Assembly: GCF_001194135.2 (NCBI RefSeq)
Contig: NC_068990.1
Coordinates: forward strand, 57,408,157-57,451,220
Reading direction: 5' to 3'
Length of the DNA stretch: 43,064 bases
Source of the DNA: Octopus bimaculoides
Lineage: Eukaryota
Each line of letters begins with the position of its first letter. Position 1 is the first letter of the stretch. Shown here piece after piece: positions 1 to 11,752 of this stretch. The position numbers and the translations under genes were made by a program. Under the pieces are notes generated by a model that did not search any database, was not told where the DNA came from, and saw only the letters and a program-made list of their open reading frames with translations.

Positions 1-39
1 ATATATATATATATATATAGAGATATATACATACATGCA

Positions 40-188
40 ATGGTCTTCTTTCAGTTTCTGTCTATAAGGTCCACTTGCATAGCTTTGGTCAACCTCAGGC
101 TTTAGTACAAGACACTTGTCCAACATGCCATGCAGTGAGACCGAGTCCAGAACCATGTGGTTTGCAAGCAGACGTTTTATCACACTGC
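40..188 (-). mobile_element. tRNA-headed SINE family A, 5' half only
   Basis: Reverse complement of the head seen in fuller copies at 7303 and 16912 (aaccacatggttc...gttcagtcc...gcaagtgtcttctactatagcc...gaaactgaaagaa); abuts (TA)n at the window start. Confidence 0.75.
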
Positions 189-428
189 AAAAGGAATGGC
201 TAGGTGTAGTTATTAATGGTGAGAAGAAAGATGAACATGTCAGGAACACTTGAGAAACAGAAGACATTTTCTGCCCTGTTGTAATTGGAACTCAGACAAT
301 TGCACAAGCAAAATAAGATAGTTAAGTAAAATATTCAATGCACGATTCTACTAACTAAGCTATCTCCAGTTTGCATGAAGTTGATTCCTGCAATACCTGG
401 GTTTTCCATGTGATCAGCCAATTAAATA

Positions 429-704
429 TTAACCCATTACCTCCCATAATTCTATTAACTGGAATTTTTTTATGAAACTTTGATTTCTAGCGTAAAACAG
501 CCTTAGAAACACGCTGGAATGATCAAAATAACATTTTAAATAGAAAATTTGGGTGAAAAATTAGCAAACCTCATTTGAATATCAGAGAAATATACCTAGT
601 AGATATAGCAAAAAGGTTAGATATGTGTAAATATTGACGGATAATTACGAAATTTGTAATTTTTAAGTGATCTCATATGAGATCACTGGTAGGTAAAGGG
701 TTAA
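429..704. mobile_element. TTAA-flanked MITE (piggyBac-type ends), family 1
   Basis: Ends ttaacccattacct and aggtaaagggttaa form a 14-bp inverted repeat (13/14) that includes TTAA at both sides; no ORF; perfect 22-bp palindrome at 666-687. Confidence 0.7.
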
Positions 705-889
705 TGCAGCTCAATGTTTCTTGACTTCAGTTCATCTATGAGAATCATTGCTGCCAACATTAAATGCAGCTTATTATTGGCAATCTGTGCACCTTTATTT
801 ATCTTGCTCTCAGTCCATTTCTTTCCATGAATTCAGGAGTCTGCCAAGCTATCTATAAATTCATTCATAGTCCTCAGTACTATTTTTAG

Positions 890-1150
890 GTTTTTCATAG
901 TTTTAGTTATTAGACCGTGGCCATGCTGGGGCATTGCTTTGAAGAATATTTAAGCAAATGAATCAATTGCTGAACTTATTTTCTTTTTTAAAACCTGGCA
1001 TTTGTTCTATCACTCTCTTTTGCTAAACCCCTAAGTTATGGGGATATAAACACACACACACACACACACATGATGAGTTTCTTTCAGTTTCCTTTTACCA
1101 AATCTACTCATAAGGCTTTGGCTGGCCCGAGGCTATAGTAGAAGACACTG
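890..1150 (-). mobile_element. SINE family A, 5'-truncated
   Basis: 3' module (ccatgctggggca, ctaagttatggggat), central (CA)n and part of the head, all in reverse orientation. Confidence 0.7.
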
Positions 1151-1744
1151 AGTGTGTGAGTGTGTATGTGCATGTATGAGTGTGTGTGAGTATGTATGTG
1201 TATGTGAGTGTGTATGTGTGCGTAAATGTGTGTATGTGTGTGTGTTTATGGGGCTAAATACTAGGGTTGATATAATCTAAAACTCTTGAAGATGATGCTC
1301 CAACAAGACAGCAGTCCTTTTCAATGACTAAAACCAGCAACAGAATCATAAATTATCATATTAATTATCACATTAATTAATAAAGATGAGCTATGAAGAT
1401 ACTGTTGGTCATTAATTAGGTTTATATTATAATAATAACAAGTTACCATCATATTTCTCAATTTAGATAAATGAATCCATATGTGCCCCTCTGTATTGAA
1501 TACTCTTTAGTTTTGATTAGGAAGACTGTCTACTAGAATTTGAAGAAAATTTAATCAATCAGATACAAATTGACATTTCTTTATAAGCATTGGTAATTCA
1601 AATTACAACAATAAAATTTTGAATTGGCTATATTAGTTCTTCATTTAATCGCAATCTTTTAGGGGTGGCTTGCAATTTCAGGAAGAATTTTGATTTTTCA
1701 TTACATTTCTCTAAGAGTGAAAATTACTACTTTCACTGATAGAA

Positions 1745-2030
1745 ATGGCTATTGAATGATAAGCATCCTAGGCTTATTCTACAAGCATTACTGACTCAAA
1801 TACAATCCAACAGATTCTGATTGTATCCACTGCATATATTGAATTTGGGTTGTCTAGCTTGCTGTACTAATTATTCACCATTTCTATTATACTACTGAAG
1901 CATTTGGTTTCCAAAATGTGTATTTCCCAATAGCTTTAAGTCTGTTTTGTAACTATCAGCTTGCACTGATTATGTAAGTATGGTAGCCTTGTCCACTGTG
2001 ATCCCAAGGTATACAGTGAGTATCCAAGAC
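1745..2030 (-). mobile_element. possible very old LINE apurinic-endonuclease relic
   Basis: Minus-strand translation NRNGE*LVQ...LLDCI*VS resembles the N.NGE.L and IDYILVS motifs of RTE endonucleases; many stops. Confidence 0.25.
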
Positions 2031-2061
2031 TTTGCAATGAACATTAAGCTGAATATCAAGA

Positions 2062-2277
2062 TTAACTCTTCAGTCTTTAAACTGGCCATATCTAGCTTAA
2101 ATATTCTAGATGTTTTATGTCCAATCTGACCAGATCTGATCTCTCACACCTCTCCTACAATATCATTCAAAAAATATATAATCAAATCACAAAGCTACAA
2201 GATAATGCATGATTAATTCAAAACATGAATAAAAAAGCATTTCATTGGATAGAATAATCTGAATGCTAAAGGGTTAA
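2062..2277. mobile_element. TTAA-flanked MITE, family 2
   Basis: Ends ttaactcttcagtc and gaatgctaaagggttaa; body homologous to copies at 10530-10757, 38930-39157 and partial 7693-7802. Confidence 0.8.
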
Positions 2278-2335
2278 ATGTTGCCATTTACACTGAAGCC
2301 ACAGCATGCAGTCTTATATTTGAATGTCAATAGTA

Positions 2336-2745
2336 TCATCATCATCATCATCATCATTTAACGTTCGCTTTCCATGCTAGCATGGGTTGGACGATTTGAC
2401 GGAGGACTGGCAAGCCAGAAGGCTGCACCAGGCTCCAATCTGATCTGGCAGAGTTTCTACAGCTGGATGACCTTCTTAACGCCAACCACTCTGAGAGTGT
2501 AGTGGGTGCTTTTACGTGCCACTGGCACGTGGGTCAGTCACATGGTACTGGCAATGGCCACACTCAAAAAGGTGTTTTTTACGTGCCACCTGCACGGGAG
2601 CCAGTCCAGCGGCACTGGCAACGACCTCGCTCGAATGATTTTCTAACGTGCCACCAGCACAAGTGCTAGAAGGCAACGCTGGTAACGATTACACTCAAAT
2701 GGTGCTATTTACGGGCCACTAGCACGGAAGCCTGACAGCTGCTCT
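2336..2745 (-). mobile_element. RTE LINE 3' UTR fragment with (GAT)n tail and four ~66-bp internal repeats
   Basis: (CAT)n followed by ttaacgttcgctttccatgctagcatgggttggacg, the reverse complement of the tail attached to the RTE coding end at 11753-12745. Confidence 0.85.
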
Positions 2746-2849
2746 ATGTGTATATAATAACCATGGATATTATAAATGGATAGAAAGGATGTAAAAGTGC
2801 ATTATTGGTATACCCTGGATATATTCTTCTGAGAATGCTTATTCTAAAT

Positions 2850-3560
2850 CATCCATCCATCCATTTTTGTCCCACACTATTCTTGACAGGATCATGGGGG
2901 AAGAGTCCTCAGGCACCTCATCAATTGGGTTCTACCAGAAGCAGCCATCATTACACTTCCCTGCTGAATTTTCAAATGTGACCAAGACTATAAATATTAT
3001 CCAACCATCTCATTCTTTGGTCTACTCCTAGGTCTCCTACTAATTGACTCAGGTTGAAGAATCTCTCTTGCAATCCATTCTAACCACATGGATTCATATA
3101 TGAAAATATAAGCATATCAAGAATTCAGCAAGGAATAACTGGTCACTATGGAATTCATATGTATGAGAGACTTTCTCAGAACAAATTTCACAGTACTACA
3201 ACGCTCTCATAATATAGGCACATTAAGTAGAATACAAAGACTGCCATTCAGTCATTATGCTGCCTCTGTCAATAATATCCAATTTTTGACCTCTATATTT
3301 CATTATTTAACAGTGCTTACACTACAAGATACTACCTTCATCGCTTGACCACAACAATTTTGGCACTTTGCAACTGTATTCTGCTATTTAGTACTGCTAC
3401 TACACAATGATGCTACCAGAGGATATCTAAATTCTTTTGATCCACATTCTGGTACACTTTTCTCCTCCATTTGTATCCTCTTCATATTGCCTTCCAACCT
3501 CCACTGATTACCACTCTTAAAAGGAATCCACAACATGCTTGACAATAGCTTAATTTGTCC
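2850..3560 (-). mobile_element. old RTE-clade LINE 3' relic
   Basis: Minus strand gives RRPRSRP and, in a shifted frame, RMRWLDNI (typical RTE C-terminus), then a (GGAT)n tail near 2850-2860; heavily mutated. Confidence 0.5.
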
Positions 3561-3624
3561 ATCTCATATACTGCTCTTGTGCATTGGCTTCCTAACTCTA
3601 CTCCTTTAGCTATATGCTACCTGG

Positions 3625-3820
3625 TCAGGTAGAATTTCAGTATTGAATCATCAATAGATAATGGGCTATTTTGAGTAAAGTGGTTGTATGAAACTTGATC
3701 AACTCCTTTACATTTCAAGTACAACCTCACTGATGCCAATTTTGTACCAACAGCTATATTTAACATCACCTGAGAATTGCCCTTCACATATTTCCTTCCT
3801 TTTTTTTTCCTTCTATTATT
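3625..3820 (+). repeat. left arm of a ~200-bp inverted repeat pair (partner 5385-5605)
   Basis: Shared blocks ataatgggctattttgagta, cctcactgatgccaatttt and tttaacatcacc...gaattgcccttcac occur as reverse complement at 5385-5605. Confidence 0.85.
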
Positions 3821-3821
3821 C

Positions 3822-4085
3822 ATCATTGTCATCATCATCATCGTCATTTAATGTCCGCTTTCCATGCCGGCATGGGTGGGACAGTTTGACCAAGGACTGG
3901 TAAGCCAGAAGGCTGTACCAGGCTCAAATCCAATTTGGCAAAGTTACTACAGCTGGATGCCCCTCCTAATGCCAACCACTCCGAGAGTGTAGTGGGTGCT
4001 TTTTACATGCCACCGGCATGAGGGCCAGTCAGATGGGCCTGGCATCAACCACACTTGAATGATGCTTTTTACGTGCCACCAGCAG
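3822..4085 (-). mobile_element. RTE 3' UTR/tail fragment
   Basis: (CAT)n then ttaatgtccgctttccatgccggcatggg; homologous to 2336-2745. Confidence 0.8.
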
Positions 4086-4290
4086 TGAGCTGGCAGAATT
4101 GCTAGCACACCAGGCAAAATGCTTAGTGGAATTTCCTCTGTCCTTATGTTCTGAGTTCAAATTCTACCAAGATCAACTTCGCCCTTCATCCTTTTGGCAT
4201 CATTATACTCTGGGGTCGATGCAATCAACTAGCCCCTTCCCACAAATTTCAGGTCTTGTGCCTAAAGTAGAAAGGATTATTATTCCCATT
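4086..4290 (+). mobile_element. tRNA-headed SINE family B
   Basis: Head gagctggcagaattgctagcac...ctgagttcaaattc (B-box-like), core cttcgcccttcatcctttt, tail ggtcttgtgcctaaag; homologous to the well-preserved copy at 41385. Confidence 0.8.
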
Positions 4291-4900
4291 AATATGATGA
4301 ACTTCTTTGGTCACAGTACCTTACCTACATATGTTATTCTGGAAGGATATCAAGTTGTAACGATTTGTGTTTATCCCAGTACAACCTGTGTGTTCTGCAC
4401 TGCACCAATCATTTTTTTCATTTCCAAGGCAATCTTTTCCACCTCAACAGCTTTTCTCATACTCCTTTTTGTTCCTCATGGGCTGCATAAATAACAGGAT
4501 CCACTAAATCCAATAACATCGATATGAGATGAGCTTTTGCCATTTTGAACACTTCTTCCATCAATATTAAAGGCAGCTGGAATTTTGCAGTCACTCTATA
4601 CAACTCAATTATTATTACTACAGAAGAAAAAGTTTCCAATTGTCTCTGATATTATTCATATTTTATATGAACAATAAATATATTGTCTATAGATCTTCTG
4701 ATAGATAAAACATTAGTCGCTTCTTCTTGAAATTAAACTTGTACATTTTATTATAATGGTACAATGTATTTATGGATGTAAAGAGTTTTAAGTCTTTTCA
4801 CAATACTAATAAATCACAGAAAATTACAAATATACAAATATTATCTTGGCTATGTTGATAATGTGGTATTTAGTCAGTTGCCTACAACATACAAGTTTAC
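4290..4900 (-). mobile_element. possible old RTE reverse-transcriptase relic
   Basis: Minus-strand fragments in different frames occur in RTE order: KFNFKKKRLMF, ETFSSVVII, AAFN, VDPVIYAAHE, IALEM; very degenerate. Confidence 0.35.
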
Positions 4901-5384
4901 TCCATCAGAACTAACTACTGCTATCCAGCTCTCAGCAATAAACATTCCCAAATAAAACAGTTAACTTTGAACTAGATCTTCACAAATACTGCTTAATATA
5001 TAAATGGGAGTTAGTAAAACTCCAATGTGATCTGAAAATCTTTTTGATCTAAAATGTTCTCGATGTCAGACAATATATCAAATAGGAATAGAAATGTAAA
5101 AAAAATAAATAAATAAATAAAATAAATAAATAAAAAAAGGTGAAAGTAAAAGCAAGCAAATTCAATAGATTCCTCAGTGACACATTAGGGGAAATTAAGT
5201 CATTTGTAGAGATATCAGTATTGTATAACTTGCAATATGTTATTTACATTTGTTTTTGGTGAATTGCTTGGCAAATGTTGGACAAAATGTGGACTGTGAT
5301 GTCAGGCACAGACAGCAAAGAAATGATATGTAGAAGAGGTAAGCACAGAGGTTTGAAGAGATGTCCAAATAGGAGATGGGAATG

Positions 5385-5605
5385 ATAATAGAAGAAAAAG
5401 GAAATGAAAACACGTGAAGGGCAATTCACGGGTGATGTTAAATGTAGCTGTTGGGATAAAATTGGCATCAGTGAGGCTTTTAGAATTTTATTGATCTTCC
5501 TCATACTTGAAATTTGAAGGGGTTGATCAAGATTCTCACTGCCACTCTACATATACTCAAAATAGCCCATTATTTGTTGATGATTTAATACAGAATCTCT
5601 ACCAG
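5385..5605 (-). repeat. right arm of inverted repeat pair (partner 3625-3820)
   Basis: The ORF track shows the same pseudo-peptides on opposite strands (MPILYQQLYLTSPENCPS vs MPILSQQLHLTSPVNCPS). Confidence 0.85.
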
Positions 5606-5612
5606 TCATATG

Positions 5613-5647
<35 letters not shown>

Positions 5648-5735
5648 NNNNNNNNNNNNNNNNNNNNNNNNNNNNNNNNNNNNNNNNNNNNNNNNNNNNN
5701 NNNNNNNNNNNNNNNNNNNNNNNNNNNNNNNNNNN

Positions 5736-5776
<41 letters not shown>

Positions 5777-5920
5777 GTATATATATGTATATATATGTAT
5801 ATATATGTATATATATGTATATATATATTTACATACAGACACACATACACAAAAATATCTATACACACGCACAAACACATGTATATACATATATGTATGT
5901 ATACATGTATATAAGCCAGA
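5606..5920. repeat. compound (TA)n/(ATATATGT)n microsatellite with assembly gap 5648-5735
   Basis: Directly visible; source of the YIYI-type ORFs. Confidence 0.95.
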
Positions 5921-6100
5921 AAATGTGCTTGTTTTGCATATACATTGTATGTGCAGCCAAACGACTCCAGGATGTGAACTTAATATCCAATTTACTTGAA
6001 GCAATATTCCAGAAAATTAACTGGATTAATCTGATTTAATTGCTCTTCAGATAGTAATTCTAAAATTTGTATAATTAACTTTCTTCTTTCATTGCAACAG

Positions 6101-6130
6101 CTTTTGAGAACATATGAGATTGATGTTAAG
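6101..6130 (+). CDS. candidate 30-nt coding micro-exon (LLRTYEIDVK), host gene unknown
   Basis: Acceptor ttaactttcttctttcattgcaacAG; donor AAG|GTTTCA; only the phase-0 frame is open; not within a recognised repeat. Confidence 0.35.
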
Positions 6131-6192
6131 GTTTCATATTTCTACAATGATTAATGGGGGCCTTACTTCAGTGAATTTTTTATATATATGTG

Positions 6193-6250
<58 letters not shown>

Positions 6251-6816
6251 GAAGATATATTTCCATCTTCAAGTCATTTATTAATAACAATGCTAACAGC
6301 AAAAACTTCCATCTTACCATGGCAATTAATCAGTCCAAACTAAAGCTAATTAGTAAACTTATAGATATGTCCTTTTGGCCTAAAGGATAAACTGTAAGCT
6401 TCTAGTTGCAAAAGAAAGTTCAAACCTTAACATCATTAGAAGGTTTATTGCATGTGTGTTGTGAGCTTGTAAAATGTAATGAGGAGGCTAACAATGTATT
6501 CTTGTTGATAGATATCAGGTTTTAATCATTTCTTTTAATGTAGTTCCATACTGAAAGGAATTAACCCTTAACTTACTGTAAGAGCTAACTTGGATGCTTG
6601 AAAATGTAATTTATGAGCGTCATAAAGAAATACAATCCTCCTTGTCAAGCATACAGTAACTTCCAAACTATCTCGGAAAAGAAATGCAGAGCAGAATTAA
6701 AGAGAGGATTAATGACCAATTTGATTTAATTTCTTATAAAGAAACAGAGTCCCTTTTCTACCACCATTGATCAAATCATTCTTGAAAGGTAGATGGGTCT
6801 ACCATTGTACAGTTGA

Positions 6817-7045
6817 TCATCATCATCGTCATCGTCGTTGTTACTTTCAATGTCCAATTTCCATGCTGGATTGGGTTGGACTGTTTGACAGGAAACAACA
6901 AGCTGCAAGGCTGCATTCAGCTCTACTGGTATCTTTGGCATGGTTTCTATAGCTGGATATCCTCCCCCACCCAACCACTTTACAGAGTGCACTGGGTGCA
7001 TTTTTTGTGCCACTGGCACTAGTGAGGTTGCCATGTAACTTGCAG
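6817..7045 (-). mobile_element. RTE-type 3' tail fragment, diverged subfamily
   Basis: (CAT)n then caatgtccaatttccatgctggattgggttggac...aaccactttacagagtg. Confidence 0.7.
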
Positions 7046-7302
7046 GACGAAGCAAGGAAAAGTCCCAATATTAAAAGAAAGTATTTGGAAGGAAAAGATG
7101 GTGGTGGATAGCTTTATGCCAGGTGTTGCAAAATTGAAGTATGATGGAGGGACAAAAACAGATGTTTGCTGTAGAGTAAATAAATGGTTGAGTAGATAAC
7201 TATATGAAGAGCTCTTCCATTTTACATCTTTGAAAAATAAATTTGTCATTGATATCACTTTATTTTTAAGGAAATCATTTCAACATAGGTGCATTTCAAT
7301 AT

Positions 7303-7692
7303 AGGCTATGTGGTAAGAAGTTTGCTTCCCAACCACATGGTTCTGAGTTCAGTCCTACTGTATGACACCTTGAGCAAGCATCTTCTACTATAGGCTTGGG
7401 CCGCCCAAAGCTTTGTGAGTCGATTCGGTAGACAGAAACTAAAAGAAGCCTGTTGTGTGTGTGTGTGTGTGTTTGTGTCTGTGTATACCCTACTACCATT
7501 TAACAACCAGTGTTTGTGTGCTTACACCCCCCCCCATAACTTAGTGGTTTAGCAAAAGAGATCAATAGAAAAAGTACCAGGCTTAAAAAGAAAATAAGAG
7601 CTAGGACCAATTAGTTTGACTAAAATTCCTAAAGGTGGTGCCCCAGCATGACTGCAGTCAAATGAATGAAACAAGTAAAAAATAAAAGATTA
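7303..7692 (+). mobile_element. SINE family A, near full length
   Basis: Head tgtggtaagaagtttgcttcccaaccacatggttctgagttcagtcc, central (GT)n, tail ggtgccccagcatgactgcagtcaaatgaatgaaacaagtaaaa. Confidence 0.85.
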
Positions 7693-7874
7693 AATGACAT
7701 TGTCAAAATCTCAAAGCTACAAGATAATGCATGATTCATTGAAAATTATAGGAATAAATAAGCATTACATTAGAGAGAGTAATCTGAATGCTAAAGCATT
7801 AAATAAAGACAAGCAGGTTGTATCAGGTAGCTCTAGAGAACTTCATGATATCTCTTCTCTCTCTCTCTCTCTCT

Positions 7875-8065
7875 CTACTTGTTTCAGACATTTGACTGTG
7901 GCCATGCTGGAGCACCGCCTTTAGTCGAGCAAATCGACCCCAGGACTTATTCTTTGTAAGCCTAGTACTTATTCTATCGGTCTCTTTTGCTGAACCACTT
8001 AGTTACAGGGATGTAAACACACCAGCATTGGTTGTCAAGCGATGTTGGGGGGACAAACATATATA
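7875..8065 (-). mobile_element. SINE family A, 3' half
   Basis: acttgtttcagacatttgactgtggccatgctggagcaccgcctttagtcgagcaaatcgaccccagg; inverted relative to the copy at 7303-7692. Confidence 0.85.
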
Positions 8066-8704
8066 TAGGAAAATAAAATAATAATAATAATAATAAGGTA
8101 GAATGCTAAACTGAAAGCATATTTTAATATAGATGTGCATAACGAGGATTAAAAAGGATTTCTAACCGGCTTTCATTGCATGGCAAATTTTCAAGAAGAA
8201 AGAAAAGGAAATTAATGTTTTTTTTACAAAAATATTAAAAATATATATAAAAAAATAGATATACCAATACATTATATTGTCTTTGAGTTTTTAAAGTTCA
8301 ATGGTAATCCATGTAGATAATTGTTAGATAGATTAGGATGCATGGAATTAAGAATGGTGTTGTGTTTAAAAAAAGCTGAGAGTTTATGTGTTAAACAGGA
8401 AGTGTGGTGTCAAAACAGGAAGTGTGTGTAAGGGAAGACAATTCTGTGGGTTTTATACTCTTTAGTTGGAGTTCTGGAGTCTTTGTCAACAGGAAGTTTA
8501 TGTCTGTTCTTAGAGAAACAAGAAGTAAATTTATATGTATTTCAATGGGTAGGCAAGAGAATGGAATATGATCACCGAGGAGTTTGTATGTTAAGAAGCA
8601 TTTGGAATTTCTTTATAAAAAGATTCTCCTTGTTGATTCATTTTGTGTAGAGATTCTGTCTTTACATTGATAGAAAGGGAATATAACGAATTTAGGGCTT
8701 TTAT

Positions 8705-8785
8705 TTTTGGTGCCATGCAGTGGGACTGAACCCGGAACCATGTAGTTGGTAAGCAAGCTACTTGCTACACAGCCACTCCTGCTAT
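8705..8785 (-). mobile_element. SINE family A, head fragment
   Basis: ggtgccatgcagtgggactgaacccggaaccatgtagttggtaagcaagctacttgctacacagccactcctgc. Confidence 0.75.
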
Positions 8786-8949
8786 CCTAATATATGGATT
8801 ATTTTATAAAAAGATGGGCTGGTTGTGGTTTGGAAGCCTGTAATCATAGATATTATTTACAGTCAAAGCCAGCAGTTTTAGGGAGAGTGGGTTAGTCAAT
8901 TGCTAACGATTCTGCCAGCTCACCACTCTAACCACAATAACTATACTGA

Positions 8950-9150
8950 TTTCAAATTTTAGCACAAGGCCAGAAATTTCCGAGAAGCAGGTAAGTTGAC
9001 TACATTGCCCCAGTACTCAACTGGTACTTATCTTAACTTTGAAAGGATGAAAGGCAAAGTTGACCTTGGTGGAATTTGAACTCAGAACATGAAGATGGAT
9101 GAAATACTGCTAAGCATTTTGCCTGGCATGCTAATGATTCTGCCAGCTTG
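8950..9150 (-). mobile_element. SINE family B
   Basis: gcacaaggcc...aggatgaaaggcaaagttgacc...gaatttgaactcagaac...gattctgccagct. Confidence 0.8.
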
Positions 9151-10529
9151 CTGCCCTAACCACAATAACAATGTTAACAACAGTAAACAATAGGTGGTAC
9201 AAATGATATAAATTTGGTTACATATATTAGTGGTTAAAAACTTATTTAACTGATATCTGTAACTAACCCTTAAGATATACAACTGCAAAATAGCTCAAAG
9301 TTTTCTATATTGATTTTACACATGATTAGATTTGGCCAAATGAAAATATTTGTATCTCAGTGAAAATATTCAGACAAAATTAAGCCATAGAATTCAATTA
9401 TACAACTTTAATTTGAACCAAGTATTCACAAACTGGTCTAGGTTGATCCATTACTCTCTATGTGGAGTAACTTGAGTTTCAGGGTAAGGAAATATAGATA
9501 GATGAGTAATTTATTTTAATAAATATGCACTGCAAGTAGTGAGACAATGTGAAGTTTCTAATACACTTTCTTCTTCTAATTGGCCAAAGATCATATGAAT
9601 GGAAATAATGATAAACACTATTTCTTGCCGAACTACTTTAGAAAATTTTCAAGACAAGATTTAATCCCCAAAATTGTCAACTTCCCTGCAAGTCATTCAT
9701 AAAGATGTGACAATTCTTAATCAGTATAATTCAATTTAGAGTGAAACTATGTGGTAAGTAGTTAAAAGCAATCTTTCTACTTAGTAACAACTCACAAAAG
9801 TTGCTTGATACTGAATGCAAGTATTTTATTGGTATTGCACTATCAGAGAAGTAATTTTGTTTGCCAGTTCATTTAATCCATTTGACAGATTAAAAGTTAT
9901 TGCTTATGTAATTCAGTATGGGTTTTCTGCTTGCTTTAGCTATGAACTGTCAGACTAAAATTAAAGTTCTTTCAAATTTCTCTTTCATAATTTGGTCTTC
10001 AAGATTGTTTTCGAAATAAAGAGAGAATATTGAAAACAAAACATTTTGAGAGGCAACATCATTACAGCATCAGATAAAATGCTTTATGATATACATGTTC
10101 CAAATCTTTGGTTTCTGAGTTCAAATCCCTCTGATGACAACTTTGCCTTAAATCTTTTTTGGAAGGATTGTTGATTGAAAGAAATTAGCAGCCCAGTACT
10201 GATAAAGCACTCTCTTTCTCCTGCTGTCACATCCCAGGTATTCTGCTGAGTGAAGTGGGAATGGGCTAAGAGCCAGTCAATGTTTAATTGTAAGGGCACC
10301 TAAAACAATTAGAAGAAAAAAAAACAGAACACAAGACATATCATGTGTCATAGTCAATTGAGAGTGATGACAGTGGTGGCAGAAGTTGTAGTTTTTGTCA
10401 TTGCTAATGTTTTTCTTTTGTAATATTATCTTTATTTACCTCTACTTAAAAATACCCATGGTAAATAGTTACCTGATCAAACAAAGTATTTGCTCAACTT
10501 TTCTAACTGTATTGGGGAACATAGTATTC

Positions 10530-10757
10530 TTAATTTTTTAGTGTTTAAGATGGTTATATCTGACCCAAATATTCTACCTGTTATATGTTCAAACTGGACA
10601 GCTCCAGGCTCATGCACCTACCCAATAATGTCATTGAGCACATAAACAATCACATCATTGAAATCTCAAAGCTACGAGATGATACATGATTAATTCTTAA
10701 AAATGTGAATAATTAAGTTTTACATTTGACAGAGTAATTTAAATGCTAAAGGGTTAA
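10530..10757. mobile_element. TTAA-flanked MITE, family 2
   Basis: Right end aatgctaaagggttaa intact, left end decayed; body homologous to 38930-39157. Confidence 0.75.
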
Positions 10758-10939
10758 ACCTAAAAAAATCGAGAATTTAATGTTCATTCTAGTCATAATG
10801 TTTTTGCAGAAGACAATTCCATATATATTATCTATATTATATTATCTATATAAATATATATGTATATATGTAAATATGAATCTATCTCTACATATATGCA
10901 TCTATATCTATCTATATATATATATATCTATATATCTAT

Positions 10940-11330
10940 CTTTCTGTTTATCAGTCATTAGATCGTGACCATGCTGGGGCACTGCCTTGAAGAACTTTTA
11001 GTCAAATGAATCGACCCAAGTACTTTTTTTTAAGACTGGCTCTTATTCTGTCAGTCTTTTTTGTTCAACTGCTAAGTTACAGGGGGTGGATATAACTATA
11101 CCAACATTGGTTTCAAGTGGTGATGGGACAAACAGACACAAAGACACACACACACACACATACATGATGGGCCCCTTTCAATTCCTGTCAAGTAAATGCA
11201 CTCACAAGGTTTTGGTTGGTCTCAAGCTATAGTAGAAGGCACTTGTTCAAAGTGCCATGCTCACTGACTGAACCCAGAACCATGTGGTTGGAAAGCATGT
11301 TTCTTACCACATAGCCACACCTGCACCTAT
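10940..11330 (-). mobile_element. SINE family A, full length
   Basis: Tail, central (CA)n and head (gaacccagaaccatgtggttggaaagc...ccacatagccacacctgcacctat) in reverse orientation. Confidence 0.85.
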
Positions 11331-11347
11331 CAATCAATCTATCTATC

Positions 11348-11380
<33 letters not shown>

Positions 11381-11752
11381 NNNNNNNNNNNNNNNNNNNN
11401 NNNNNNNNNNNNNNNNNNNNNNNNNNNNNNNNNNNNNNNNNNNNNNNNNNNNNNNNNNNNNNNNNNNNNNNNNNNNNNNNNNNNNNNNNNNNNNNNNNNN
11501 NNNNNNNNNNNNNNNNNNNNNNNNNNNNNNNNNNNNNNNNNNNNNNNNNNNNNNNNNNNNNNNNNNNNNNNNNNNNNNNNNNNNNNNNNNNNNNNNNNNN
11601 NNNNNNNNNNNNNNNNNNNNNNNNNNNNNNNNNNNNNNNNNNNNNNNNNNNNNNNNNNNNNNNNNNNNNNNNNNNNNNNNNNNNNNNNNNNNNNNNNNNN
11701 NNNNNNNNNNNNNNNNNNNNNNNNNNNNNNNNNNNNNNNNNNNNNNNNNNNN

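Noticed and set aside
4460-4626. Minus-strand exon candidate (IIIELYRVTAKF...HEEQKG) with a good acceptor
   Set aside because: Surrounding frames carry RTE-like motifs in the expected order, so an old LINE relic is the simpler explanation.
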